A stretch of 64,000 nucleotides of DNA, from the NCBI GenBank assembly GCA_007127715.1, contig SKYU01000009.1, forward strand, positions 2,411 to 66,410, given 5' to 3'. Under the pieces are notes generated by a model. The model was not told the origin of the DNA. It saw nothing but the letters and a program-made list of their open reading frames with translations, and ran no database searches. Shown here in pieces: positions 27,254 to 38,479 of this stretch. The number at the start of each line of letters is the position of its first letter. Position 1 is the first letter of the stretch. Position numbers and translations under genes: made by a program. Source of the stretch: Gammaproteobacteria bacterium (GTDB lineage Bacteria; Pseudomonadota; Gammaproteobacteria; Steroidobacterales; PWYM01).

Positions 27254-27278
27254 CAGCTGTCCTGATCCGGACGCTCCG

Positions 27279-27800
27279 CTAGCGCCACTGCAATCCGGGC
27301 GGCGGCTCGGAGCGTTCATTGATGCCCTGCTGGATCGCGGCGATCTCGGGGGGCCACTGGGCCTTGATCCAGGCGAGCACGGCGATGATCTCTTCATCGC
27401 TCAGGATATCGCGATAGGCAGGCATATCGGTCTCGTAGTCCGGGGGCGCGAGGGGGGTCACGCCCTGCGCCGTCATGGCGAACAGTTCCCAGTCCGGATG
27501 GTGCCAGGTGTGTCCTGAGGGGTCGTGCGGTGGTGCCGGCAGACGGCCATCGGGCCTGCGCCGTCGCCAGTCCGGCTCGCCTTCCAGCGCCGCGCCGTGG
27601 CAGCTGGCGCAGTGCTCGAAATAGATCGGCTCGCCCATGGCCACCAGGCGCGCATCCGCCGCGTCGATGAAGAACCCGCTGGCGGCCGGCACCTCGGGCG
27701 CCTCACTGCAGGCCGCCAGCAGCACGCCCGACAGCATCAACGCAGGCCACGCCGACCCTCCGGCAGATTTGCGCCTTCCCTGGCCATGCCTCGACATCAT
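27279..27800 (-). CDS. Mono-heme c-type cytochrome, probable lipoprotein
   Basis: Heme motif CASCHG. Lipobox LLAAC. Conserved PPHDPSGHTWHH segment. Candidate distal Met in TDMPAY. Confidence 0.8.
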   Translation of the reverse strand: MMSRHGQGRRKSAGGSAWPALMLSGVLLAACSEAPEVPAASGFFIDAADARLVAMGEPIYFEHCASCHGAALEGEPDWRRRRPDGRLPAPPHDPSGHTWHHPDWELFAMTAQGVTPLAPPDYETDMPAYRDILSDEEIIAVLAWIKAQWPPEIAAIQQGINERSEPPPGLQWR

Positions 27801-27804
27801 TCGT

Positions 27805-29745
<1,941 letters not shown>

Positions 29746-29837
29746 GTGTTCCCCCGAGACTTCTGCATGGACGGCGACGGACGCGGCCGCCACCACTCAC
29801 CATTGTGCGTTCGGTCGCGATCCTGCCCGATAGGACC

Positions 29838-30794
29838 TTAGTCTAACCGGGCCCAACATCGGTCGCGGGCCGCGACCACCCGGTCGGGGTGATCGGTGAA
29901 CAGCCCGTCGACGCCGATGTCGCCACAGAGCTGCGCGACCAGCACCTCGAAGTCGCCGCAGCCCTCGGGCAGCCGGTCACATCGCAGGGTCCAGGGGTGC
30001 ACCGCCAGACCGACCTCGTGAGCGCGTGCCACCAGACCCGTGTCCTGACCGTCGCGCCACACATGTCCAAGCCACGGACCAATGGCACTGCAGTGACGCG
30101 ACAGCGCCGCCAGTCCGGTCGCAGAGAGAGGATCCTCGCCTGCCCAGTCCCCCTGGGCCGCCGGGTCACGGCCGATCAGCTGGGTCATCGGCAGACGGAA
30201 CCCCTCGGCGTGCAGCCGCCGCAGTTCCGCCGGATCGAAACACTGCAGCCACAGCGGCAGCGGGCCACGCGCGGCCAGTTCGGCCTCGAGCGCTTCGGCG
30301 AGCAGCACCCCGAGATCGACACCGGCATCGCGATGCCAGCCGGGTGACTTGATCTCCGGGTAGACGCCGACCTGGCGGCCGGTGGTGGCATTCAGCCCCC
30401 GCAGCAGGGCCAGCTCATCTTCCAGGGCATGCAGGCGAAACTCGCCCTGCCAGGGTGGAAAACGGCCAGCGAACGCCGGGGTGGCGCCGTCCGCCGCCAG
30501 CCGCTCCGTAACGGCCAGACCCCGAAGCTCGGCCAAGGTAAAATCCCGCGCGTACCAGTGCCCGTCTGCGCGCCGACGTCCGGGATAGCGGCGCGCCACG
30601 TCGGTGACCCGCTCGAGCCAGAGATCATGCAGGACCAACAGCCGTCCGTCCCGGGTGGCAACGATATCCTGCTCGAGCACGTCAGCCCCCTGACCGTAGG
30701 CCAGCGCCTTGGCAGGCTGGGTGTGCTCGGGCAGATAGCCGCTGGCGCCCCGATGGGCGATCACCAGCGGCCTGCCAGGCGTCCCCGCCATCAC
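29838..30794 (-). CDS. Glycerophosphodiester phosphodiesterase (GDPD family)
   Basis: LVIAHRGASGYLPEHT motif. 318 aa. Start is GTG 30794 or ATG 30791, 1-4 nt after the upstream stop. Confidence 0.85.
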   Translation of the reverse strand: MMAGTPGRPLVIAHRGASGYLPEHTQPAKALAYGQGADVLEQDIVATRDGRLLVLHDLWLERVTDVARRYPGRRRADGHWYARDFTLAELRGLAVTERLAADGATPAFAGRFPPWQGEFRLHALEDELALLRGLNATTGRQVGVYPEIKSPGWHRDAGVDLGVLLAEALEAELAARGPLPLWLQCFDPAELRRLHAEGFRLPMTQLIGRDPAAQGDWAGEDPLSATGLAALSRHCSAIGPWLGHVWRDGQDTGLVARAHEVGLAVHPWTLRCDRLPEGCGDFEVLVAQLCGDIGVDGLFTDHPDRVVAARDRCWARLD

Positions 30795-30795
30795 C

Positions 30796-31827
30796 TCAGG
30801 CGCTGTCCTTCACACCGAGGCGCTCGTGCATCAGCGGGCTGGTGGTCGTGTACTGCAGATGCACCTTCTTCCCGGGCGTCAGATGTTCCTTGGCGGCGAA
30901 GGCGGCGAGTGCTGCTTCGTGGAAGCCGGAGAGGATCAGCTTCTTCTTGCCAGGGTAGTGGTTGATGTCGCCGATGGCGAAGATGCCGGGAATGTTGGTC
31001 TGGAACTTCTCGGTGTCGACATTGATGGTCTTGCGGTTGATGTCCAGCCCCCACTCGGCGATCGGTCCGAGCTTCGGCGCCAGCCCCCAGAACACCAGCA
31101 GGCTCTGCAGCGGGATGCTCATCTCGGTTTCATCGGCCAGGCGCAGGGTCAGGCCGGTCAACTGATCCCCGTGGACCGTGTAATCCTCCGCTTTGCCCTC
31201 GATGAAGCGCATCTTCCCGGCCTCGCACAGCGCCTGCATCTTCTCGACCGAGGCCGGGACGGCGCGGAACTCAGCCCGACGGTGCACCAGGGTCATGGAG
31301 GCCGCCTTGCCGCAGAGCTCCAGCGTCCAGTCCAGCGCGGAGTCGCCACCGCCCAGGATCACCACGTGACGGTCGTAGAACACCTTCGGATCGCGCACCC
31401 GGTAGTGAAGCTGGCGATCCTCGAAGGCCTCGATGCCCTTCAGGCGCATGCGCCGCGGCTGGAATGAGCCCACGCCGCCGGCGATGAACACGGTGCCGGT
31501 ATCGAATTCCGTACCCTCGGAGGTGACGACCCGAAAGCGCCCGTTCTCCTGGGGCTCCACAACCTGAACTTCCTCACCCAGATGAAACTGGGCATCGAAG
31601 GGCTCGATCTGGGCCATCAGGTTATCCACCAGCTCCTGGCCGCTGCACACCGGGATCGCCGGAATGTCGTAGATCGGCTTGTCCGGGTAGAGCTCGGAAC
31701 ACTGGCCGCCGACCCTGGGCATCGAATCAATGACGTGGCACTTGATCCCGAGCAATCCGAGCTCGAAGACCTGGAACAGACCACAGGGGCCCGCCCCGAC
31801 AATCAGGGCATCCGTGTCTATCTTCAT
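30796..31827 (-). CDS. Thioredoxin-reductase-like ferredoxin--NADP+ reductase
   Basis: [12 protein letters not shown] site, [13 protein letters not shown] site. 343 aa. AAAGGA RBS. Confidence 0.85.
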   Translation of the reverse strand: MKIDTDALIVGAGPCGLFQVFELGLLGIKCHVIDSMPRVGGQCSELYPDKPIYDIPAIPVCSGQELVDNLMAQIEPFDAQFHLGEEVQVVEPQENGRFRVVTSEGTEFDTGTVFIAGGVGSFQPRRMRLKGIEAFEDRQLHYRVRDPKVFYDRHVVILGGGDSALDWTLELCGKAASMTLVHRRAEFRAVPASVEKMQALCEAGKMRFIEGKAEDYTVHGDQLTGLTLRLADETEMSIPLQSLLVFWGLAPKLGPIAEWGLDINRKTINVDTEKFQTNIPGIFAIGDINHYPGKKKLILSGFHEAALAAFAAKEHLTPGKKVHLQYTTTSPLMHERLGVKDSA

Positions 31828-31845
31828 GACATCCTTTCTGGAAAG

Positions 31846-32358
31846 TTACGGGAAGTCTATGACTTCCCAGCGCTGGGTATCCTCATGACGAGCCTGGCGA
31901 CGAAGCGCATCGACGATTTCACGATCGTTCCACGGCACCGTCTCGACGGCGCGTCCGGCGAGCTCGGGCGGGCTGGTGCCAACGCCGCCGAACGGTTCGA
32001 GCGCGATGATCGGCAGGTCGAAAGCCCCCGCACAGTCGAGCTGGAACCGCAGCAGCTCCGGCGCCTGCTCGCCAAGGGAAGGCAGCGCAATGACAGCCTC
32101 TGCGCCGCGCATCTGCTCGCGCAACGCGTCCTTGAGGGCATTCGGCCCGCTGCCCGGGACTGCGTCCGGTGCTGACTGGTTGACGTAGAAGAACCGGGTG
32201 GCGCTCTCCAGGTATTCGAAGACACGCTGGTAGTCGGCCGTGGCCTCGAAGGTATGGGTCACGAACAGCCTGATGGGATTGTTTTCGGACACGCGCCCCC
32301 CGTGGACCTTCGCCTTTTCGCCGACCGTATCGCCGGTAGCCTGCCTTTGCAATGCCAT
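31846..32358 (-). CDS. Hypothetical protein, TIR-like (DUF1863) or nucleoside 2-deoxyribosyltransferase-like flavodoxin fold
   Basis: IRLFVTHTF..DYQRVFEYL...AEAVIALPSLGEQAPELLRFQLDCAGAFDLPIIALEPFG follows the DUF1863 beta-alpha pattern (FiSh..D......d.vivl....s.W...Ei..A...kPIi.v). Weak, pattern-only call. Start is uncertain. Confidence 0.35.
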   Translation of the reverse strand: MALQRQATGDTVGEKAKVHGGRVSENNPIRLFVTHTFEATADYQRVFEYLESATRFFYVNQSAPDAVPGSGPNALKDALREQMRGAEAVIALPSLGEQAPELLRFQLDCAGAFDLPIIALEPFGGVGTSPPELAGRAVETVPWNDREIVDALRRQARHEDTQRWEVIDFP

Positions 32359-32412
32359 GCCGGCGGTCTCCGATCAGGCGCAGTGACAAGCTGCGTAACG
32401 TAAACTACCCGG

Positions 32413-33189
32413 ATGCGCCTGATGCTCTACAACATACGCTATGGTACCGGGACCGGCGCCCAGTTCCACCTCCCGGTGCCGGGGGCGGGCATGGTGCTCG
32501 GCAACCAGGCCAACCTTCTGCGCATCACCGAGTTCATCAAGTCCCGATCGCCGGACATCGTCGGGCTGGTCGAGGTCGACACCGGCTCAATCCGCAGCCG
32601 CATGGTCAACCAGGCCGAGGCCATCGCCAAGGCACTCGGGCACTACTCGGCCTACCAGTGCAAGTACGGTGCCCGCTCACTCAACCACCGCCTGCCGATC
32701 GTGCGCAAACAGGGTAACGCATTCCTCGCCTCGCCCAGGGTCGCCGGCGAGCGTTTCCATTACTTCGAAAAAGGCATAAAACGCCTAATAATTGAGCTTG
32801 AACTCGATGATTTTGCTGTTTTTCTTGTGCATCTATCCCTGAAATACCGGCACCGTCACTTTCAGCTTCGGCACCTCTATGACCTGATTCGTGAGCAACC
32901 GAAACCGGTCATCGTGGCGGGGGATTTCAATACCTTCTGGGGCGGACACGAGATGTACCTGTTCATGCAGGCGGCAGGGCTGACCAGCGCAAACGCCGAA
33001 GGCCTGCCCTCCTATCCCAGCCATGCGCCTCGCCGCGAGCTCGATTTCGTGCTCTACAGTGAAGGTATCGAGGTGACCGGATTCGAGATTCCTCAGGTGC
33101 GCTACTCCGATCACCTGCCGTTGATCTGTGATTTCGAGGTCACCGGGCCGCGTCGCTCGGGGCCCGGTACGACAGGGGGAGGCCTATGA
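32413..33189 (+). CDS. Endonuclease/exonuclease/phosphatase (EEP) family protein
   Basis: MLYNIRYG...DIVGLVEVD...VAGDFN...SDHLPL are the canonical EEP motifs. Confidence 0.8.
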   Translation: MRLMLYNIRYGTGTGAQFHLPVPGAGMVLGNQANLLRITEFIKSRSPDIVGLVEVDTGSIRSRMVNQAEAIAKALGHYSAYQCKYGARSLNHRLPIVRKQGNAFLASPRVAGERFHYFEKGIKRLIIELELDDFAVFLVHLSLKYRHRHFQLRHLYDLIREQPKPVIVAGDFNTFWGGHEMYLFMQAAGLTSANAEGLPSYPSHAPRRELDFVLYSEGIEVTGFEIPQVRYSDHLPLICDFEVTGPRRSGPGTTGGGL

Positions 33190-35246
33190 GCACTGAACTG
33201 CGACATTGGCACCGTGAAGACGATCCGCAGGGGATCACCTGGCTGATCCTGGACAAGGCCGACAGCCGCAGCAACACCCTCTCGGCAGATGTACTCGAGG
33301 AGCTCGCGAAGCTGCTGGCGGGGCTCACGAGCGCACCGCCGCGCGGCGTGATCGTGCGCTCGGGCAAGGACGGGAGTTTCATCGCCGGCGCCGATATCGG
33401 CGAGTTCAAGGCTCTGGTGGATCCCGAACAGACATATGAGCTGGTGCGCCAGGGCCAGCAGGTCATCGATGACCTCGCTGCGCTGCCCTGCCCCACCGTG
33501 GCCATGATCGATGGGCATGCCCTGGGCGGTGGCCTGGAACTGGCACTGGCCTGCGACTACCGTGTCTGCGCCGAGGAGGACCGCGGTACGCTGGGGCTCC
33601 CGGAGGTGCAACTGGGTATCCATCCGGGCTTCGGCGGAACGGCGCGCAGCGTCCGGCTGCTCGGCGCACCGGCGGCGATGGACCTGATGCTGACCGGGCG
33701 GATGCTGCGACCGGCCCGGGCCCGGGCCATCGGGCTGGTCGACCGCGTGGTCCCGCGAGAGCAGCTCAGGCGGGCCGCACGCGAGTTCATCCAGCGTCGC
33801 CCCCCGAAACGCCGCCCCGGACTGATGCTCCGCGTCCTCGGGCTGCCGGGACTCCGGGCGGCGGTGGCCTGGCGGCTGCGGCGCGAAGTCTCGAAACGCG
33901 CCAGCGAAGCGCATTACCCGGCACCGTACGCACTGATAGACCTGTGGCAACGTCATGGCGGTCATGGACGCCGCGCCATCGACGCCGAGGCGCGCTCCAT
34001 CGCGACGCTGTTCGCCACGCCGACCTGCCGCAACCTGGTCCGAGTGTTCTTCCTGCGCGAACGCATGAAGTCGCTGGCGCCGAAATCGACGCCGGCGCCG
34101 CAGCACCTGCACGTGATCGGAGCCGGGGTCATGGGCGGGGACATCGCGGCCTGGGCCGTGACACAGGGCCTGGAAGTCAGTCTGCAGGACCAGGACACCG
34201 CAGCCATCGAACGCGCATTGGCGCGTGCCGGTGAGCAGTTCGATCGCCGGTACCGGACGGAACCCGGGCGCGCGGACGCCCGCCGGCGGCTGCGGGCTGA
34301 TCCCGAGGGCCATGCGGTCCCCGAGGCGGATATCATCATCGAGGCCATCGTAGAGCGTCTCGAAGTCAAACGCGGCCTGTTCGCCGATCTCGAGCGCAGC
34401 GCTCGACCTGACGCCCTCCTGGCCACCAACACCTCCAGCCTGCGCCTGGAGGACATCGCAGAGAGCCTCGAGCAGCCCGGACGACTGGTTGGCATTCACT
34501 TCTTCAACCCCGTGTCCAGGCTGCCGCTGGTCGAAATCGTTCATGGCCGCGACACGCAGAGCGCCGTGCTCGAGCGGGCGCTGGCGTTCACGGTGGCGAT
34601 TGGCAAGCTCCCACTGCCCTGCTCCAGCCAGCCAGGCTTCCTGGTCAACAGGATCCTGGCCCCCTACATGGCCGAGGCGATGAGCCTCCATGAGGAAGGC
34701 GTCCCCCTGGCGGTGATCGACGCCGCCGCCCGCAGCTTCGGCATGCCGATGGGCCCGGTCGAGCTCGCAGACTCGGTCGGGCTCGACGTGGCATTGCATG
34801 TGGCCGAGATCCTCGGCGCGGCGCTTGGGCGGTCCCCCCCGGCAGCATTGCGCGAGAAGGTCGAGGCGGGCGACCTGGGCCGGAAAACCGGCCGGGGCTT
34901 CTACCGCTACCGCGACGGCCGCAAGGTGGACGACCCCGGACGTGCCACGGTGGCCGGCGCCAGCGAGGATCTCGAGGACCGGCTCATCCTGCCCATGGTC
35001 AACGAGGCGGTGGCCTGCCATGCCGACGGCGTGGTCGACGACCTGGAACTGCTCGATGCCGGGGTCATCTTCGGTACCGGGTTTGCGCCGTTCAGGGGCG
35101 GCCCCATCCAGTACGCCCGCAGCCGTGGCCTGGCCGCTACCCGGGCGCGGCTGGAAGCTCTGGCAGGGCGCTATGGCGAGCGTTTCCGGCCGCATCCCGG
35201 CTGGTCGGCACTCATCGACGCCGACGCCTCGCCCGGGGAAACGTGA
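33186..35246 (+). CDS. Bifunctional enoyl-CoA hydratase / 3-hydroxyacyl-CoA dehydrogenase (FadB/FadJ-like)
   Basis: ATGA overlap with the EEP gene. Crotonase region FIAGADI...GGGLELALACD. NAD site VIGAGVMGGDIA. 686 aa. Confidence 0.9.
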   Translation: MSTELRHWHREDDPQGITWLILDKADSRSNTLSADVLEELAKLLAGLTSAPPRGVIVRSGKDGSFIAGADIGEFKALVDPEQTYELVRQGQQVIDDLAALPCPTVAMIDGHALGGGLELALACDYRVCAEEDRGTLGLPEVQLGIHPGFGGTARSVRLLGAPAAMDLMLTGRMLRPARARAIGLVDRVVPREQLRRAAREFIQRRPPKRRPGLMLRVLGLPGLRAAVAWRLRREVSKRASEAHYPAPYALIDLWQRHGGHGRRAIDAEARSIATLFATPTCRNLVRVFFLRERMKSLAPKSTPAPQHLHVIGAGVMGGDIAAWAVTQGLEVSLQDQDTAAIERALARAGEQFDRRYRTEPGRADARRRLRADPEGHAVPEADIIIEAIVERLEVKRGLFADLERSARPDALLATNTSSLRLEDIAESLEQPGRLVGIHFFNPVSRLPLVEIVHGRDTQSAVLERALAFTVAIGKLPLPCSSQPGFLVNRILAPYMAEAMSLHEEGVPLAVIDAAARSFGMPMGPVELADSVGLDVALHVAEILGAALGRSPPAALREKVEAGDLGRKTGRGFYRYRDGRKVDDPGRATVAGASEDLEDRLILPMVNEAVACHADGVVDDLELLDAGVIFGTGFAPFRGGPIQYARSRGLAATRARLEALAGRYGERFRPHPGWSALIDADASPGET

Positions 35247-35360
35247 GCGGGATCGCCTCGCGAACGCCCTGTCCATGGTAGGCTTCGCCGCCACACCGAA
35301 AGGGCAAAGGCCCTGCCGGGGTGAGTTCGATCCAGCCACCGCCGAGCCGTAAGGGCCAGC

Positions 35361-36425
35361 ATGAAAGACCAGTCCGACAGCGACGCCCTCAATCCCCAGA
35401 TGCTCGCACGGTTCTCACCGCTGGACGGTCTGAAAAAGGACAACCTCCACGCCCTGGCGCGAAAGACACACCTGCGCGAGTGTGCGAAGGGCCAGGTACT
35501 GTTCCGCAAGGACGACGAAGAGCGTCGCAGCCTCTTCCTGGTGTCCGGCACGGTCGAACTGCGCGATGGCGAGGAGGTCGTCAGCCGTATCGAAGGGGGA
35601 ACGCCGCAGGCCATGCACCCACTCGGTGGCGTCCTGCCCCGCCCCTATACCGCAGTCGCGCTCACGCCTGTGCGGTTTTTCTCGCTCGACAGCGAACAGC
35701 TCGACCTGATGCTGACCTGGGACCAGACAGGCAGCTATGAGGTCAACGAACTCGGCAACGGCAACGAACCCACCGGCAGCGACGACTGGATGACCGCGCT
35801 GCTCCAGACCAAGGCATTCCACCGGATTCCTCCCGCCAACATCCAGGCCATCTTCATGCGCATGCAGCGCGTCAACCTCAAGGCCGGCGATGTCGTGATC
35901 AAGCAGGGTGACGAAGGGGACTACTTCTACGTCGTGATCCGCGGCAGCTGCGTGGTGACCCGCGAGACACCCCTCAACCGCGAAGGAATCCGACTGGCCG
36001 AACTGAAGCTCGGCGACACCTTCGGAGAAGAAGCCCTGATTTCCGACGCCCGGCGTAACGCCACGGTGACCATGCTCACCGATGGCGCCCTGATGCGCCT
36101 GGGCAAGCAAGATTTCCGGACCCTGTTGAACGAGCCCATGCTGGACTGGGTGGACGCCGAGGCGGCCGAGCGGATCATCGCCGAGGGCGGGCGCTGGCTG
36201 GATGTCCGTCTGCCGAGCGAATACGAGAACTTCCACACGCCGGACGCCATCAACGTCCCGCTGTATTTCATCCGCCTGAAGCTGAAGACGCTGGATCCGG
36301 CGGTACCCTACGTGGTGTGCTGCGACACAGGGCGGCGAAGTTCAGCAGGCGCGTTCATTCTCAACGAACGTGGCTTCCGGGCCTACGTACTGCGCGGCGG
36401 CTTGACCGTCCAGCGGGCCGACTGA
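35361..36425 (+). CDS. Tandem cyclic-nucleotide-binding-like domains fused to a rhodanese domain
   Basis: The second cNMP domain has a canonical cassette, GDTFGEEALISDARRNATV. The first is degenerate. C-terminal rhodanese with active-site loop CCDTGRRS. Confidence 0.75.
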   Translation: MKDQSDSDALNPQMLARFSPLDGLKKDNLHALARKTHLRECAKGQVLFRKDDEERRSLFLVSGTVELRDGEEVVSRIEGGTPQAMHPLGGVLPRPYTAVALTPVRFFSLDSEQLDLMLTWDQTGSYEVNELGNGNEPTGSDDWMTALLQTKAFHRIPPANIQAIFMRMQRVNLKAGDVVIKQGDEGDYFYVVIRGSCVVTRETPLNREGIRLAELKLGDTFGEEALISDARRNATVTMLTDGALMRLGKQDFRTLLNEPMLDWVDAEAAERIIAEGGRWLDVRLPSEYENFHTPDAINVPLYFIRLKLKTLDPAVPYVVCCDTGRRSSAGAFILNERGFRAYVLRGGLTVQRAD

Positions 36426-36433
36426 ACGCACCG

Positions 36434-36772
36434 CTACATGGTGTGGGTGGGCTTGTCGCCCCCCAGGGCACCTGCCAGGTAATTCTCGATCTTCTTCTGG
36501 GTGCTGCCACGATCCTGGTCGCTGAACTGCACCCCGATCCCCGCGGTACGCTTGCCCTGGGCACCCTTCGGCGTCATCCAGATGACCTTGCCGGCCACGG
36601 GGATCTTCTCGTCTTCCCCCATGAGGTTGAGCAGCATGAAGACTTCGTCGCCAAGCCGATAAGTGGAATTGGTGGGGATGAACAGGCCACCATTGCGCAC
36701 GAACGGCATGTACGCGAGGTACAGTGCGCTCTTGTCCTTGATGGTGAGGGTCAGCAGCCCGGGCTTGCTCAT
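36434..36772 (-). CDS. pilZ: Type IV pilus assembly protein PilZ
   Basis: 112 aa. YMPFVRNGGLFIPT...GDEVFMLL...GKVIWMTP...GIGVQF. Located downstream of holB, as in Pseudomonas. Confidence 0.85.
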   Translation of the reverse strand: MSKPGLLTLTIKDKSALYLAYMPFVRNGGLFIPTNSTYRLGDEVFMLLNLMGEDEKIPVAGKVIWMTPKGAQGKRTAGIGVQFSDQDRGSTQKKIENYLAGALGGDKPTHTM

Positions 36773-36817
36773 GGCGGTTATGTTAACGCCTCTGTTCGGC
36801 TGAGCGCGCGACTTTCG

Positions 36818-37822
36818 TCACACCCGTCGCGGCCCCGGCGCCCGTTGCCAGGCTGCCAGCTGCGCCTCGAGCCCCAGTGCCAGGTTGGCGCCACCGTCGG
36901 CGAGTGCCCGCAGCCGCCGCACCCCATCGCGCAAAGCGAACAGTGCGGCCGCCGGGCGGCTGGCCAGCGCCGCACGCAGCGCCCCTGCCGGGCCTTCGTC
37001 TGCAGCCTCGGCGGGCGCACCGGCCATGGCGCGCAGCGCCGCCTCCAGCCGGCCCTCCAGCCACGCGAGAAACACCGGGGCATCTTCCTTCAGCCAGCCA
37101 TCGACCTGCGCGGGCAGATCCCCCCCTCGGGTCAGCACCTCCGCCAACCCCTGGCTCCACTCGGCATCGCGGCGATCCAGGGCGTTTTCCGCATGGCTGA
37201 CCGCACGGAGCGGGCAGCCGCCGGACAGGGCCAGCAGCCGTGCCCAGTCGCGACCCTGCTCCACATCGGCCAGCCACGCCAGCGCCTCCTCGCGCGGCGG
37301 CGGACTGATCGCGATCCGCTGGCAACGGCTGCGCAGCGTCGCGGGCAGCCGCCCCGGCACATGTGAGACCAGCAACAGGTAGGCGTCCGCCGGCGGCTCC
37401 TCCAGGGTCTTGAGCAGGCTGTTGGCGGCGCTGACCGTGAGCTGCTCCGCCAGGCTGACGATGGCGACCCGCGCGCCGCCACCGTGGCTGGTGTAACCGA
37501 ACTGCTCGATCAATCCGCGCACCTGTTCCACGCCGATGAGATGCTTGTCCGGCGGAGGCGTCAGCCGATGCAGGTCGGGCAGCAGCACCTGCGGTGGCGC
37601 AGCGGTCGCGAGGTCGGCCGGGAGACTGTCCTGCCAGTGCCGCGCCGGCAGTCCACACACCAGTGCGGCACCCAGAGTCTCGGCCAGGCGTCGTTTACCC
37701 AGCCCCGGCGGGCCATGCAGCAGCCAGGCATGCCCGAGACGGTCCCGGGCCGCCGCACCCGCCAGGGTGGCCACGGCCCGGGCCTGCCAGGGGTAGACCC
37801 GAAAGTCGACAGACATTCCCAT
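36818..37822 (-). CDS. holB: DNA polymerase III subunit delta'
   Basis: YPWQ...RLGHAWLLHGPPGLGKRRLA...LLKTLEEPP...TLRSRCQ. Confidence 0.92.
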   Translation of the reverse strand: MGMSVDFRVYPWQARAVATLAGAAARDRLGHAWLLHGPPGLGKRRLAETLGAALVCGLPARHWQDSLPADLATAAPPQVLLPDLHRLTPPPDKHLIGVEQVRGLIEQFGYTSHGGGARVAIVSLAEQLTVSAANSLLKTLEEPPADAYLLLVSHVPGRLPATLRSRCQRIAISPPPREEALAWLADVEQGRDWARLLALSGGCPLRAVSHAENALDRRDAEWSQGLAEVLTRGGDLPAQVDGWLKEDAPVFLAWLEGRLEAALRAMAGAPAEAADEGPAGALRAALASRPAAALFALRDGVRRLRALADGGANLALGLEAQLAAWQRAPGPRRV

Positions 37823-37855
37823 TCGTTTTTATCTCAATGCCTTGCGTAGTATACT

Positions 37856-38479
37856 TCAGCTAAATTCAATGAAATGATCGAGCACCTGCTCGAGGCGGTG
37901 CTGGACCTCGGCCAGGGGTGCGGTGGCATCGACCGTCACCACCCGCGCGGGCTCACGCGCCGCGATCCCGAGATAAGCCTCGCGGACCCGCCCGAAAAAG
38001 GCGATGCTCTCGCGCTCGAAGCGATCGTCACTGCCACGTCCTCGGGTCCGCGCCAGAGCCACCTCGACCGGGGCATCCAGCAGCACCGTGAGCGCCGGCG
38101 CAAGATCGCCATGCACCCAATCGGCCAGCTGCTCGATGCGATCGTGGGCCTCACCCCGTCCGCCACCCTGATAGGCGCGGGTGGCGTCCGTGAACCGGTC
38201 ACACAGCACCCAGCGGCCCGCCGCGAGCGCCGGGCGGATCTGGTTTTCCAGGTGCACGGCCCGGGCAGCAAACATCAGCAGCAGTTCAGCCACGGGCGGC
38301 ACGCGCTCCTCGGCATGCAGCAGGACCTCGCGCAGCTGCTCGGCCAGGGGGGTCCCACCGGGCTCGCGGGTGAGCAGCACGTCGATACCGCGGGCGCGCA
38401 GCCTTTGCGCCAGCCACTGGAGGTTGGTCGACTTGCCGACACCCTCGATACCCTCGACCGTGATGAAGCGCCCGGTCAT
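37856..38479 (-). CDS. tmk: Thymidylate kinase
   Basis: FITVEGIEGVGKST P-loop, DRF motif. ATGA overlap with the mltG stop. Confidence 0.95.
   Translation of the reverse strand: MTGRFITVEGIEGVGKSTNLQWLAQRLRARGIDVLLTREPGGTPLAEQLREVLLHAEERVPPVAELLLMFAARAVHLENQIRPALAAGRWVLCDRFTDATRAYQGGGRGEAHDRIEQLADWVHGDLAPALTVLLDAPVEVALARTRGRGSDDRFERESIAFFGRVREAYLGIAAREPARVVTVDATAPLAEVQHRLEQVLDHFIEFS

Noticed and set aside
31846-33189. Thoeris-like defence system (TIR-like protein plus effector)
   Set aside because: There is no ThsA-type (SIR2/SLOG) partner. The TIR-like call is weak. The gene appears co-transcribed with housekeeping-type FNR and GDPD genes, and the EEP gene is coupled to fadB.
33111-35339. 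742-aa minus-strand ORF
   Set aside because: It is antisense to the FadB-like gene, which has unambiguous crotonase and 3-hydroxyacyl-CoA dehydrogenase motifs. The composition is typical of a GC shadow ORF.
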